Shown: positions 19,739 to 30,005 of the stretch, piece after piece
How the letters are laid out: the number at the start of each line of letters is the position of its first letter
How positions within the stretch are numbered: position 1 is the stretch's first letter
NCBI GenBank assembly: GCA_031285625.1
Contig: JAITVV010000081.1
Location: 96,001-160,000, forward strand
Source: Prevotella sp.
GTDB taxonomy: Bacteria; Bacteroidota; Bacteroidia; Bacteroidales; Dysgonomonadaceae
Direction of reading: 5' to 3'
DNA: 64,000 nucleotides
Translations under genes and position numbers: made by a program
Notes under the pieces: generated by a model
Told to the model about the DNA's origin: nothing
What the model saw: only the letters and a program-made list of their open reading frames with translations
The model's database searches: none

Positions 19739-20710
19739 TCAATATGCTCTTTCCACAATATATTTTACCGCTGCATCCAGCGCTTCCCTAACCTCAACAT
19801 TAGGAATTGTATCTATTATTGCCTCAGCTTCTTCTTTCAGCTCTTCTATTTTTTTATATGCATAGTCTATACCTCCATGCTCTTTAGCATATCTGATAAG
19901 CTTTTGTATATTTTCATCTGTATAGTCATATGAAAAAATAACAGATAAAAGCTCTTTTTTCTCATCTTCGGGGGCATTCCTCAGTGCATATAGTAGAGGG
20001 AGAGTAATTTTTCCTTCCCTTATATCATTTCCTGTAGGCTTTCCAATGGCATCAGTGAAATAGTCGAAGATATCATCACGTAGCTGAAAACAAAGTCCGA
20101 GCAATTCTCCCAATTTTGTGAATTTCTCCACTTCTTCTTCTGATGCACCTACAGACATGGCTCCTATACGCATACAAACCGACATTAGAGAAGCTGTCTT
20201 TTTCTTTATAACCTGAAAATACTCGTCTTCGTCAATAATCAGTTCTTTGACCAGTGATAACTGGTTAAGCTCGCCCTCAGCAAGGTCCCGCCCCAAATCG
20301 GAAATATTGGATATAAGTTCTATATTACCTGTCAAAACACTCTTTATAAGGGCAGTAGATAAAAAATAATCGCCGGCAAGAACAGCCATTTTATTATCAT
20401 AGATAGCATTCAAAGATGCGCGCCCTCTCCTTATTTTCGATTCATCTACTACGTCATCGTGTATAAGCGAGGCTGTGTGAAGCAGTTCTACTGTGATGGC
20501 AGCATTGTATGTCATATTGTTTATTTCTCCACATGCTTTGGCTGCCAGCAATAATAATGTCGGACGAATTCTTTTACCATCCGATTTCATTATGTAGTCT
20601 ATGATTTCTTGAATTCTTACATTATTACAAAAAACAGAATCTTTGTAATAGGTAGTAAACGTCTTTAATTCTTCCGCTACAGGTTTAGCTATCAAGAGCT
20701 TTTTGTCCAT
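19739..20710 (-). CDS. ispB: polyprenyl diphosphate synthase (IspB-like)
   Basis: GKRIRP, ELLHTASLIHDDVVD, RRG, FQLRDDIFD, GNDIREGKITLP. Confidence 0.9.
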   Translation of the reverse strand: MDKKLLIAKPVAEELKTFTTYYKDSVFCNNVRIQEIIDYIMKSDGKRIRPTLLLLAAKACGEINNMTYNAAITVELLHTASLIHDDVVDESKIRRGRASLNAIYDNKMAVLAGDYFLSTALIKSVLTGNIELISNISDLGRDLAEGELNQLSLVKELIIDEDEYFQVIKKKTASLMSVCMRIGAMSVGASEEEVEKFTKLGELLGLCFQLRDDIFDYFTDAIGKPTGNDIREGKITLPLLYALRNAPEDEKKELLSVIFSYDYTDENIQKLIRYAKEHGGIDYAYKKIEELKEEAEAIIDTIPNVEVREALDAAVKYIVERAY

Positions 20711-20999
20711 ATTAATTTTGTTGAGATGCAAATTTATAAATAATTCGGTTTGTAGCATTATATATTCATAACTTTACATAGTATTCCCGGACTTTTTAGG
20801 GTTTCTTAGATAAATTCAAAATTCCGGAAAGCAAAAATCATTATTTAGTTATTAACAACAACATATTCTATCTTTGTAGTTCGTTGCTTTTTGCTTAACT
20901 TGCCAAAGTTTTTCAGGTCTCAGACTTATTTATTACATAAGTAAGTAAACTGTTATGATTCAATATCATTAAATACTTGCTGTTACTTAAATTATCTCA

Positions 21000-23798
21000 A
21001 TGAAATTATTTCTATTAGACGCCTACGCATTAATATATCGCTCATATTATGCATTTATAAAGAATCCCAGAGTAAACTCCAAAGGGCAGAACACATCTGC
21101 TATCTTCGGTTTTGTTAATACCTTGGAAGAGCTTCTCCGCAAAGAAGATCCTACACATATTGCTGTAGCATTTGATCCTCCGGGCGGTACATTCCGGCAC
21201 GATGCCTATGAGAAGTATAAAGCTCAGCGACAAGAAACTCCAGAAGATATACGCGCTGCCGTTCCCATTATAAAAGAGATTATAGCTGCATATAATATCA
21301 AAGAGTTGGAAGTTCCGCGTTATGAAGCTGATGATGTAATAGGTACAATCGCTAAAAAAGCTGAAAAAGAGAACTTCGATGTGTATATGATGACACCCGA
21401 TAAAGACTACGGACAGCTTACTACTGATCATATCTTTATGTATAAGCCAAAGTTTGCAGGCGCAGGATTCGACGTGCTCGATGCAAAGGCCATAATGGAA
21501 AAATACGAGCTCTCCTCCCCTACCCAGATGATAGATTTGCTGGGGTTGATGGGTGATGCCTCGGATAATATTCCGGGATGCCCCGGCGTAGGTCCTAAAA
21601 CTGCTCAGAAACTATTGGAGGAATATGGTACAATAGAAAATCTCCTTGAACATACATCTGAAATTAAAGGTACGTTGAAGCTGAGGCTGGAAGATAATAA
21701 AGAACAAATCATTTTCTCAAAATTCCTGGCCACAATAAAAACGGATGTTCCTGTCGAGTTTCATAAAGAAGAATTTAAACGGAAAGAGATCAATGCGGAA
21801 AAGCTTTCAGAATTATTCGAAGAGTTGGAATTCAGAACGTTGATCAACCGTGTATTAAAGAAAGATGGTACACCAGCCCATCCGGTAAGATATACAACTA
21901 CTCATGAAGCTATTCAAGGAGATCTGTTTGCTGAATTATTACCCCCTGTAAATCAGGCAACTTCCAATATGGCTGACTACTCCGGGTTAGAGCAACTAAA
22001 AGATATTCCTCACTCCTATCATTTAGTTGACAGTGAAGATAAAATAATAGAATTGGCAGCGCAAATTACATTGCAAGAGTCTTGCTGTTTCGATACTGAG
22101 ACCACCGGTCTCGATGCTACCGTGAGTGAACTGGTAGGTATGTCCTTTGCCTTCAAAGAAGGAGAGGCCTATTATGTTCCGGTTTCTGCAAACTTCGAAG
22201 AAGCCAGAAGAGTAGTAGAAATATTTCGCCCTTTTTTCGAAAATGAAAAGATATTGAAAATAGGTCAGAATATAAAATATGACATCATAGTTCTCAAGCA
22301 ATACGGAATAAATGTACGTGGAAAGCTTTTCGATACAATGATAGCCCACTATCTGATAAATCCGGAACTAAGGCACAATATGGACTATATGGCCGAAACC
22401 TTTCTGAAATACAAGACAATCCATATTGATGAACTCATAGGCGCAAGGGGTAAGAATCAACGGAGCATGAGGGATCTCCGCCCTGAACAGATTTGTGATT
22501 ATGCCTGTGAGGATGCTGATGTAACATTGAAACTTAAAGGCATCCTGGAAAAAGTCATTGAAAAACAGGAATTAGGCAAATTATTGTATGAGATAGAACT
22601 CCCTCTCATCTATGTTTTAGCCGATATGGAATATACTGGTGCCAAACTGGATACAACAGCCCTAAGCGAATATTCGAAGACTTTAACATTGGAATTACAG
22701 AGAATAGAATCCGAAATTTATGGTTCGGCAGGAATGGAATTCAATATCAATTCTGCAAAACAGGTCGGTGAGATTCTTTTCGAAAGATTGAAAATAGTAG
22801 ACAAGCCTAAGAAAACCAAAACGGGGCAATATGTTACCAGTGAAGAGATCCTCGAAAGAATGAAGGACTCCCACCCTATTGTTGCGCAAATACTGGAATA
22901 CCGTGGATTGAAGAAGTTACTGAGCACTTATATAGATGCTCTTCCATTATTGATAAATCCGAGAGACGGTAAAATACATACATCATATAATCAGACAGTT
23001 ACTGCAACAGGCCGCTTAAGTTCGAGCAATCCGAATTTGCAGAATATACCTATACGCGAAGCACAGGGAAAAGAAATACGCAAGGCCTTTATTGCTGATG
23101 AAGGATGTACTTTCTTTTCGGCAGACTACTCGCAGATCGAACTTAGGATTATGGCACACCTGAGCCAGGACCCAACTATGATAGAAGCTTTTAATAGCGG
23201 GGAAGATATTCACGCTGCAACCGCTGCTAAAATATTTAAACTCCCTATTAAAGAAGTGACCAGCGACATGCGCCGCAAGGCTAAGACAGCAAATTTTGGT
23301 ATCATATACGGGATCTCTGTATTTGGTCTGGCAGAACGTCTTACTATTCCACGGAGTGAAGCAAAAGAGCTTATAGAAGGCTATTTTGAAACATATCCCA
23401 AGGTAAAGGAGTATATGGACAGAAGTATCAATATAGCCCGTGAACATACCTATGTGGAAACAGTGTTTGGACGTAAGCGCTATCTTCCGGATATCAATTC
23501 CCGAAATGCAACAGTACGCGGCTATGCCGAGCGAAATGCCATAAATGCACCCATACAGGGAAGTGCTGCCGATATTATAAAAGTAGCAATGAATAAAATA
23601 TTTGCACGCTTCGAAAAAGAGAATATCCAGTCAAAAATGATTCTCCAGGTACATGACGAATTAAACTTCAATGTTATAAATAATGAACTGGAGAAAGTAC
23701 AACAAATCGTTATGGACGAAATGGAGAATGCATATAAGCTTGTTGTTCCGTTAAAAGCCGATTGCGGTAAAGGAAATAATTGGTTAGAAGCGCATTAG
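21000..23798 (+). CDS. polA: DNA polymerase I
   Basis: 5'-3' exonuclease (YEADDVIGT), 3'-5' exonuclease (FDTETTG), polymerase motifs (ADYSQIELR, KTANFGIIYG, LQVHDEL). Confidence 0.98.
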   Translation: MKLFLLDAYALIYRSYYAFIKNPRVNSKGQNTSAIFGFVNTLEELLRKEDPTHIAVAFDPPGGTFRHDAYEKYKAQRQETPEDIRAAVPIIKEIIAAYNIKELEVPRYEADDVIGTIAKKAEKENFDVYMMTPDKDYGQLTTDHIFMYKPKFAGAGFDVLDAKAIMEKYELSSPTQMIDLLGLMGDASDNIPGCPGVGPKTAQKLLEEYGTIENLLEHTSEIKGTLKLRLEDNKEQIIFSKFLATIKTDVPVEFHKEEFKRKEINAEKLSELFEELEFRTLINRVLKKDGTPAHPVRYTTTHEAIQGDLFAELLPPVNQATSNMADYSGLEQLKDIPHSYHLVDSEDKIIELAAQITLQESCCFDTETTGLDATVSELVGMSFAFKEGEAYYVPVSANFEEARRVVEIFRPFFENEKILKIGQNIKYDIIVLKQYGINVRGKLFDTMIAHYLINPELRHNMDYMAETFLKYKTIHIDELIGARGKNQRSMRDLRPEQICDYACEDADVTLKLKGILEKVIEKQELGKLLYEIELPLIYVLADMEYTGAKLDTTALSEYSKTLTLELQRIESEIYGSAGMEFNINSAKQVGEILFERLKIVDKPKKTKTGQYVTSEEILERMKDSHPIVAQILEYRGLKKLLSTYIDALPLLINPRDGKIHTSYNQTVTATGRLSSSNPNLQNIPIREAQGKEIRKAFIADEGCTFFSADYSQIELRIMAHLSQDPTMIEAFNSGEDIHAATAAKIFKLPIKEVTSDMRRKAKTANFGIIYGISVFGLAERLTIPRSEAKELIEGYFETYPKVKEYMDRSINIAREHTYVETVFGRKRYLPDINSRNATVRGYAERNAINAPIQGSAADIIKVAMNKIFARFEKENIQSKMILQVHDELNFNVINNELEKVQQIVMDEMENAYKLVVPLKADCGKGNNWLEAH

Positions 23799-23831
23799 AA
23801 ATACGATATTCTCAATACGAACTATTTGGTC

Positions 23832-25499
23832 ATGAATAAATTTTTGGATAAAATACAACAAAATAAGAAATACCACTTCTGGTTATTTTTTGCAGTATTG
23901 CTATTTCTTTCTGCATTAATGATGTATTTCTATCAGCCGCTGTGCACCGGATCTGATTTCTTTTTTCATTACAGACGTTTTCAGGCGCTGATGGACGGAT
24001 TGAAAGACTCACCTTTCCTCATATATACGGACTATACTGCGATTGATGGCTATGGTTACTTTACCAAAGCTTTTTATTCTGATGTTATACTCATCCCTTT
24101 TGCTCTTGTTGGCAATCTTACAAATGCGGCATTTGCATACGAATTTATGATATTCACCATGACGGTTTTGTGTGGCGTATTCACATATATTACTATCAAT
24201 TCTATTTATAAAAATACATATGCTGCAGCTATAGGGGCTATACTGTTTACCTTTGCCATTTACAGGCTGTTTGACATATACCACAGGGCTGCTCTGGGCG
24301 AAGCATTATCCTTTACATTTATTCCTATTGTGTTTCTGGGAATATATCAGATAATCAAGGGAGATTATAAAAAGTGGTATATCCTTACCATTGGTTTTAG
24401 CTTGATGATCTTTACACATCTTATCTCCACTGTTCTGATGTTTGTAACGATGCTCATACTTCTACTTATTTATTCCAAATCCCTTCTTAAAGAGCCAAAA
24501 CGTATCTGGTATCTGGTATTGGCAGGATTAGTAACAATAATTATTGTGAGCTACTACGTATGGCCAATGGCAGAGCAAATGTTCTCTAATCTTTTCTATT
24601 ACGATAGGGGAGATGAGATATTTAATCCACAGGGTCTAGCTTACCCTGTCGGCTGGGTTATCTGGGGCATGTTTACCGGAATACTTATTCCCAAACAGGC
24701 TTTTATTCCGGGTGTAGGTTTGCTACTCACATGTGCTATTGTATTGAGACTGTTTGTATATGAAAAATCACCGAAACTGAAAAGTATAGATGTAGGTGTC
24801 ATCATTGGCTTATGTTATATCATAGCATGTCTGCCGATGTTTCCCTGGTCTGTTTTCCCTTTCACCCTGTTAAGTTTTATTCAGTTACCTTGGCGTCTAT
24901 TGGAATTTTCGAGTTTCTTCTTTGCTGTAGCAGGAGGATATTACCTGTCACGCATTTTGAGGACGAATATGCGACGTTTGCTTGCGGTGGGAGGAGTAGT
25001 TATAGCTATCGCCTTAGTCTTTGCAAATAACGCCAGAGAGTATCAGCTATACCGTTGTGAAGAACCTATAACCACGCAGGCTACTATAATCAATTATTAT
25101 CATTTGGGAGGAGCAGAATATATTCCTCTGAAAGTACCTTCTGTTGATTTCCTGGCCGAGCGAAAGGATAGTGTACTCTATCAACAAAATGAAACAATGA
25201 TTTCTGACTTTGCAAGAAACAGAAACATAGTAGAATTTACTGTTGCTACTCAAAAAGCAGATAGCCTGGAACTACCTTTACTATATTATAAAGGATATCA
25301 AGCCAGCCTGAACGGAAAAGACATTCCGGTTTCAGAAAGCCGGCATGGACTTGTACAGGTAGCCGTTAGTGATTCGGGTAGGGTAGAGGCTTATTATGCA
25401 GGAACTTTTTTACAGAAGGCAAGTTTTGCTATTTCAGTTACCGCAATATTGTTTTTTTGTATTTTCATATATTTGGATAAGAAAAAACGGAAAGCTTAA
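23832..25499 (+). CDS. polytopic membrane protein, GT-C/YfhO-like (PTPS-related membrane family) putative glycosyltransferase, paralogue 1
   Basis: D-x-x-FH first loop, GYG..FY, RAALGE, IQLPWR, C-terminal soluble LELPLLYYKGY domain. Confidence 0.7.
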   Translation: MNKFLDKIQQNKKYHFWLFFAVLLFLSALMMYFYQPLCTGSDFFFHYRRFQALMDGLKDSPFLIYTDYTAIDGYGYFTKAFYSDVILIPFALVGNLTNAAFAYEFMIFTMTVLCGVFTYITINSIYKNTYAAAIGAILFTFAIYRLFDIYHRAALGEALSFTFIPIVFLGIYQIIKGDYKKWYILTIGFSLMIFTHLISTVLMFVTMLILLLIYSKSLLKEPKRIWYLVLAGLVTIIIVSYYVWPMAEQMFSNLFYYDRGDEIFNPQGLAYPVGWVIWGMFTGILIPKQAFIPGVGLLLTCAIVLRLFVYEKSPKLKSIDVGVIIGLCYIIACLPMFPWSVFPFTLLSFIQLPWRLLEFSSFFFAVAGGYYLSRILRTNMRRLLAVGGVVIAIALVFANNAREYQLYRCEEPITTQATIINYYHLGGAEYIPLKVPSVDFLAERKDSVLYQQNETMISDFARNRNIVEFTVATQKADSLELPLLYYKGYQASLNGKDIPVSESRHGLVQVAVSDSGRVEAYYAGTFLQKASFAISVTAILFFCIFIYLDKKKRKA

Positions 25500-27175
25500 T
25501 GTCTCTATATAGCTTACTTTCATACAAAAGATATCAGTTCAGAATATTTCTATTCGTTTTGGTATCTCTTTCGATACTGGCTACATTCCTTTATGGTAAC
25601 CAGCTATTTGGAGGGGACGATTACTATTTCCATAATGCCAGATTTGAAGCCCTGATGCAATCTTTAAAAGACGGTACATTCCCTTCGTATATAGATTATA
25701 CGGGAATGTATGGATACGGGTATCTCATTAAGCCATTTTATTCCGATTTTATCCTGATTCCTTATGCTGCATTAGGTAATGTAACGAGCAAGGAGTTTGC
25801 ATATATATTCCTTCTGTTTTCGATGACTATTCTGTGTGGAATATTTATGTATATTACGGTCAACAAAGTCTATAAGAGTTCTTATGCAGCAGCAATAAGC
25901 GCATTATTATATACTTTTGCCCTATACCGGTTACTGGATGTTTACCACCGGGCTGCACTTGGCGAAGCTTTATCTTTCACATTTTTACCTATCGTTTTTC
26001 TTGGCTTACACTACATAATCAAAGGCGATTACAGGAAATGGTATATTATAACAATCGGGTTTTCTCTAATGATCCTGACCCATGTTCTTTCCTCTGTGTT
26101 ACTTTTTATTACTGTTATTATCATACTACCTATTTCATATAAAGATTTACTGAAAGAACCTAAACGGATTTATTATCTAATATTAGCAGGTTTTGTAACA
26201 TTCATTATTGCAGGTTATTATATATTTCCATTTTTGGAGCAGATACTCTCAAATACGTTTTATTTCCAGAAATTCAAGACATCTCCATATACTTTTAGCC
26301 TGAGTAGGCTAGGAATACCGGAAATATTAAGGGATATGGCAGATGGATTCGCTCTTATAAAAGGAGGATCCAAAACAGGATTATTACTTATATTACCTGT
26401 ATTATTGCGTTTCTTCATTAAAAAAAGTGATAAGACAAAGTACCTGAAAAGTGTTGATATCGGTGTCATTATCGGACTACTCTATATACTGATGACATCA
26501 ACATTGATACCATGGGATAGAATACCTTTGGCGTACATGAGCTTTATTCAGTTTACATGGCGATTATATGAGTTTGTGTGTTATTTCTTTGCTGTGGCAG
26601 GAGGATATTACCTTTACTTACTATGTAAAAGCAACAAAAGTAAAATTATAGCCTTTTCGTCCCTCGTAATATTAACATCTCTTGTAATCATAATCGATGC
26701 TAAGAATTACAAGGAAATGAAGCTACCAGCCCGCTCAGATAAAAATCTGAATGAAGAGAATCATTATGTAAAAGCGGGAATGGAATATGTTCCTGCCCGA
26801 ACACCACTTCCAGATCCGTTTGTATTGGAACGGAAAGATAGTGTACTCTACCAACAAAATGAAACTGTTATTTCTGATTTTAAGAGAAATAAAAATATAG
26901 TGGAATTTACAGTCACTACTCATCAGCCAGATAGCCTGGAACTACCTCTGATCTATTATAAAGGATATTCTGCAATCCTCGATGGAAAAGACATACCAGT
27001 GACACAAAGTAGCCATGGGCTTGTGCAGGTACCTGCTGGCCAATCGGGTAGGGTAGAGGCCTGCTATAAAGGAACTTTAATACAAAAGCTCAGTTTTTGT
27101 ACAACTATTCTAAGTATATTTGCGTTATGTGGATATATATTCGTTCAAAACAGAAAGAGAAAACATCTTAAATAA
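25499..27175 (+). CDS. polytopic membrane protein, GT-C/YfhO-like putative glycosyltransferase, paralogue 2
   Basis: Same motifs (DDYYFH, RAALGEALSFTF, IQFTWR, LELPLIYYKGY); TAATG stop/start coupling with paralogue 1. Confidence 0.7.
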   Translation: MSLYSLLSYKRYQFRIFLFVLVSLSILATFLYGNQLFGGDDYYFHNARFEALMQSLKDGTFPSYIDYTGMYGYGYLIKPFYSDFILIPYAALGNVTSKEFAYIFLLFSMTILCGIFMYITVNKVYKSSYAAAISALLYTFALYRLLDVYHRAALGEALSFTFLPIVFLGLHYIIKGDYRKWYIITIGFSLMILTHVLSSVLLFITVIIILPISYKDLLKEPKRIYYLILAGFVTFIIAGYYIFPFLEQILSNTFYFQKFKTSPYTFSLSRLGIPEILRDMADGFALIKGGSKTGLLLILPVLLRFFIKKSDKTKYLKSVDIGVIIGLLYILMTSTLIPWDRIPLAYMSFIQFTWRLYEFVCYFFAVAGGYYLYLLCKSNKSKIIAFSSLVILTSLVIIIDAKNYKEMKLPARSDKNLNEENHYVKAGMEYVPARTPLPDPFVLERKDSVLYQQNETVISDFKRNKNIVEFTVTTHQPDSLELPLIYYKGYSAILDGKDIPVTQSSHGLVQVPAGQSGRVEACYKGTLIQKLSFCTTILSIFALCGYIFVQNRKRKHLK

Positions 27176-27181
27176 TTTAAT

Positions 27182-27397
27182 ATGCGCCATTTCACCAATA
27201 TTGACTTTTTATACCCCGTTTTTATGCTGATTTTCGGTATTGTGATGATAATCAGTCCCCGTTCTTTGATGCGAAAGGCAAAATACGATGAAGAAAGCCT
27301 GAAAACAGAATCGTGGGTAAAAAAACTCGGAATAGCCCTATGTGTATTTGCTGTAGGTTTTGCAATCTATATCTATTACAAGCTGAATAATGCTTGA
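27182..27397 (+). CDS. small two-TM membrane protein
   Basis: 71 aa, two hydrophobic helices, tightly packed in the operon. Confidence 0.7.
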   Translation: MRHFTNIDFLYPVFMLIFGIVMIISPRSLMRKAKYDEESLKTESWVKKLGIALCVFAVGFAIYIYYKLNNA

Positions 27398-27833
27398 CGG
27401 ATTTGTAGAATATGGCTATATAGGCCTGTTTCTGGCATCTTTTCTTGCGGCTACTATATTACCTTTGGGATCTGAGGTTGTTTTTGCAGGCTTACTTGCA
27501 GCAGGCTTAAACGGATGGACATGTGTTCTCGTTGCTTCAGTCGGGAATTGGCTTGGAGGAATGACTAACTATTATCTGGGCAGGCTCGGCAAGGTAGAAT
27601 GGATAGAAAAGTACCTGAAAGTAAAGAAAGAAAAAATAGATAAAATGCAACATTGGCTGGAAGGAAAAGGGGCTGCGATGGCCTTTTTCAGTTTTCTGCC
27701 TGTTGTAGGCGATATTATTGCACTGGCATTAGGGTATATGCGTGCTAATGTATACATTGTAAATGTTGCCATGTTTACCGGTAAATGTATCCGGTATGTA
27801 TTGATAATGTATGGGGTTAACTGGATAATTTAG
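27390..27833 (+). CDS. YqaA family (DedA/VTT) membrane protein
   Basis: SFLAATILPLGSE, GNWLGGMTNY, LPVVGD motifs. Confidence 0.9.
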   Translation: MLDGFVEYGYIGLFLASFLAATILPLGSEVVFAGLLAAGLNGWTCVLVASVGNWLGGMTNYYLGRLGKVEWIEKYLKVKKEKIDKMQHWLEGKGAAMAFFSFLPVVGDIIALALGYMRANVYIVNVAMFTGKCIRYVLIMYGVNWII

Positions 27834-27855
27834 TTCAGAATCAAGTTATAAAATA

Positions 27856-27887
27856 AAGAAGAGTATCTTTTTTAAGATACTCTTTTT
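27856..27887. terminator. bidirectional intrinsic terminator
   Basis: AAGAGTATCTT-N4-AAGATACTCTT between convergent genes. Confidence 0.75.
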
Positions 27888-27911
27888 CAATATATTATAT
27901 TCAATACAGAG

Positions 27912-28562
27912 TTAATCTAAAAGTTGCTTCAGCCCCTCTAAATTCGTAAAATCCGAAATTACACCATATGTATAATCTTTCAGAAAATCAGCAGGGAGCG
28001 TAGTGGATATGCCAATCACACGCATAAAAGCATAAGTAGCAGCTTTAATACCTGTAAACGCATCTTCAAATACAGCACACTCTGCGGATTGGACTCCAAG
28101 ATTTGTTTTGGCAAGTACGTAGCCCATAGGATCGGGTTTACCTTTCTTTATACTATCTGATGTGATAACCGTATCGAATGTATCTGTTAATGACAATTGA
28201 TCCAATACAACCTTTACTTTGCTTGTAGGAGAACTGGTTACCAAACCTATTTTATAACCTTCATCTTTAAGATATTTGATGTACTCAAGAACTCCCGGAA
28301 TAACTATTTTCTTATAATCAATAGCCTGTTCCATTTTAGAACATGCATCCCTTATAGCTTGCTTTTCCTCAAGTGTGGAAATAGTAAAATAAAGTTCTAT
28401 TATAGAATTCAATGTCATTCCTTTAATAACAGATGAAAAATTATTCATTTTCAACTCATTATCCTGTGCTATCTTACTCCAGAATCTGTCATAGTCATGT
28501 TCTGTATCTACAACAACTCCATCTAAACCAAATAATACGGTTGTAATTTTACTTTTTGCCAT
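27912..28562 (-). CDS. HAD family phosphatase (beta-PGM-like) with altered motif I
   Basis: LVTSS, GKPDP and VFEDA motifs present; motif I reads FGLDG instead of FDLDG. Confidence 0.85.
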   Translation of the reverse strand: MAKSKITTVLFGLDGVVVDTEHDYDRFWSKIAQDNELKMNNFSSVIKGMTLNSIIELYFTISTLEEKQAIRDACSKMEQAIDYKKIVIPGVLEYIKYLKDEGYKIGLVTSSPTSKVKVVLDQLSLTDTFDTVITSDSIKKGKPDPMGYVLAKTNLGVQSAECAVFEDAFTGIKAATYAFMRVIGISTTLPADFLKDYTYGVISDFTNLEGLKQLLD

Positions 28563-28664
28563 TTTTTTGCTGTTATCTATTAGCTAATAATAAAGAAACA
28601 AAGTAAGATATTTTTATTGGTATTCAGCCAGTATAAACCTTAAATTTTAGTATTTCCTGTATAT

Positions 28665-28696
28665 AAAAAACGGGAGACATTCTATAAATGCTCCCG
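28665..28696 (-). terminator. intrinsic terminator
   Basis: CGGGAG...CTCCCG stem preceded by an A6 run. Confidence 0.65.
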
Positions 28697-28723
28697 CTCT
28701 ATGCTTCATAAAAAGAATTGTAA

Positions 28724-29518
28724 TTATTTATATTCTTTTTTGTATTTAGCTTCTAGTTTGTCAGCTCTTTTTCCGCTTTCAGGGTGTGTAGAGAACAATT
28801 GTTTTGCTTTGCTTTTATCAACGCCTGCATCATCCGATAGTTTTTGAATAACACGTAGAGCCGTTACCATTCCCATAGGATCTTTTCCGCTTTTCTTCAA
28901 GAATTCATATCCATAATCATCGGCTGCATATTCAGCTTTTTGAGAGAATTGTGCGCTTGCCAATGCTTCGCCAAGTTCACCTAATTGAGAATCTGTAAGT
29001 GTAGCAGCTGCATCACTTGTAGAAGCTACAGCATCTTTAAGAGCTGAAGTCAATAGCGCTTTCTTAAATGCATCTTTAGAATCTTTGTTAACTATATGTC
29101 CTACTTCGTGCCCTACGATACCAAGTATTTCATCATCTGTCAACAGTTCCATAAGGCCCGCAAAAACACGGATACTTCCATTTGCACATGCAAAAGCATT
29201 CTGATCGATTACATAATAAGCCTGGATATCAAGCTTTACATCAGATGGCATAGTCGATTTAATCTTTTCAAGACGATCTGCTACAGCTTTCATTCCCGGA
29301 TCTGTATCTGTTGTTTTGCATACAGGATTATGAGCATCCATCCAATCGATATACTCCTGACAATAAGCAGCAATCTGATCATCGGTAAGAGTTAATGCTT
29401 TAGCAGTTTTAGTAGCAGCGTCAAGGTGTTTTTTATTGATCTTTAGTCCTCCAAGTTGTGCATTTGCCGTGAAAGAGCAAACTAAAATTAAGGTCAACGC
29501 AGTTAGTAGTTTCTTCAT
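28724..29518 (-). CDS. M48 family metalloprotease (LoiP-like)
   Basis: NAFACANG, HEVGH zinc motif, EYAAD, STHP; signal peptide. Confidence 0.92.
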   Translation of the reverse strand: MKKLLTALTLILVCSFTANAQLGGLKINKKHLDAATKTAKALTLTDDQIAAYCQEYIDWMDAHNPVCKTTDTDPGMKAVADRLEKIKSTMPSDVKLDIQAYYVIDQNAFACANGSIRVFAGLMELLTDDEILGIVGHEVGHIVNKDSKDAFKKALLTSALKDAVASTSDAAATLTDSQLGELGEALASAQFSQKAEYAADDYGYEFLKKSGKDPMGMVTALRVIQKLSDDAGVDKSKAKQLFSTHPESGKRADKLEAKYKKEYK

Positions 29519-29548
29519 AAAAATTGATGTTTGGTTAGTATTCTAATA

Positions 29549-29977
29549 TTAACTTTTCTCGAGATGTAATATCGGGTAGCCTTTTCCTTCTCCATCATAT
29601 TCATCACGACTTACTTCTTTGAAGCCAAAATGATAATAGAAATTCAAAGCTTGTGTATTTTGTTCATTCACATCTACCTTTCGTGCATTTAGCTTATTCA
29701 CAGCATAGTCAAGCAATACTTTCCCTATTCCTGTACCCCTGCTTTCATTATCCACAAAAAGCATTTCAATATTATCATCACTAGTACCCAAAAAGGCTTT
29801 TATAACTCCTTTGTCATTCTTATAAACATATAACGAAACATGCTCAAAATAAATAGGTATATGTGATTTATAAAATTCAAAATCTTCGTCTGATAAGAAA
29901 TCATGAGTAGCCTTTACCGCACTCTCCCAGATATCTATCAATACAGGGTAATCTTTTTTGCCAGCTGAACTAATCAT
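29549..29977 (-). CDS. GNAT acetyltransferase (YjaB-like)
   Basis: WESAVKATHDFL, RGTGIG, DVNEQN, YPILHL. Confidence 0.9.
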   Translation of the reverse strand: MISSAGKKDYPVLIDIWESAVKATHDFLSDEDFEFYKSHIPIYFEHVSLYVYKNDKGVIKAFLGTSDDNIEMLFVDNESRGTGIGKVLLDYAVNKLNARKVDVNEQNTQALNFYYHFGFKEVSRDEYDGEGKGYPILHLEKS

Positions 29978-30005
29978 TTTGTGTAACTTTTTATATTTTT
30001 AAACT

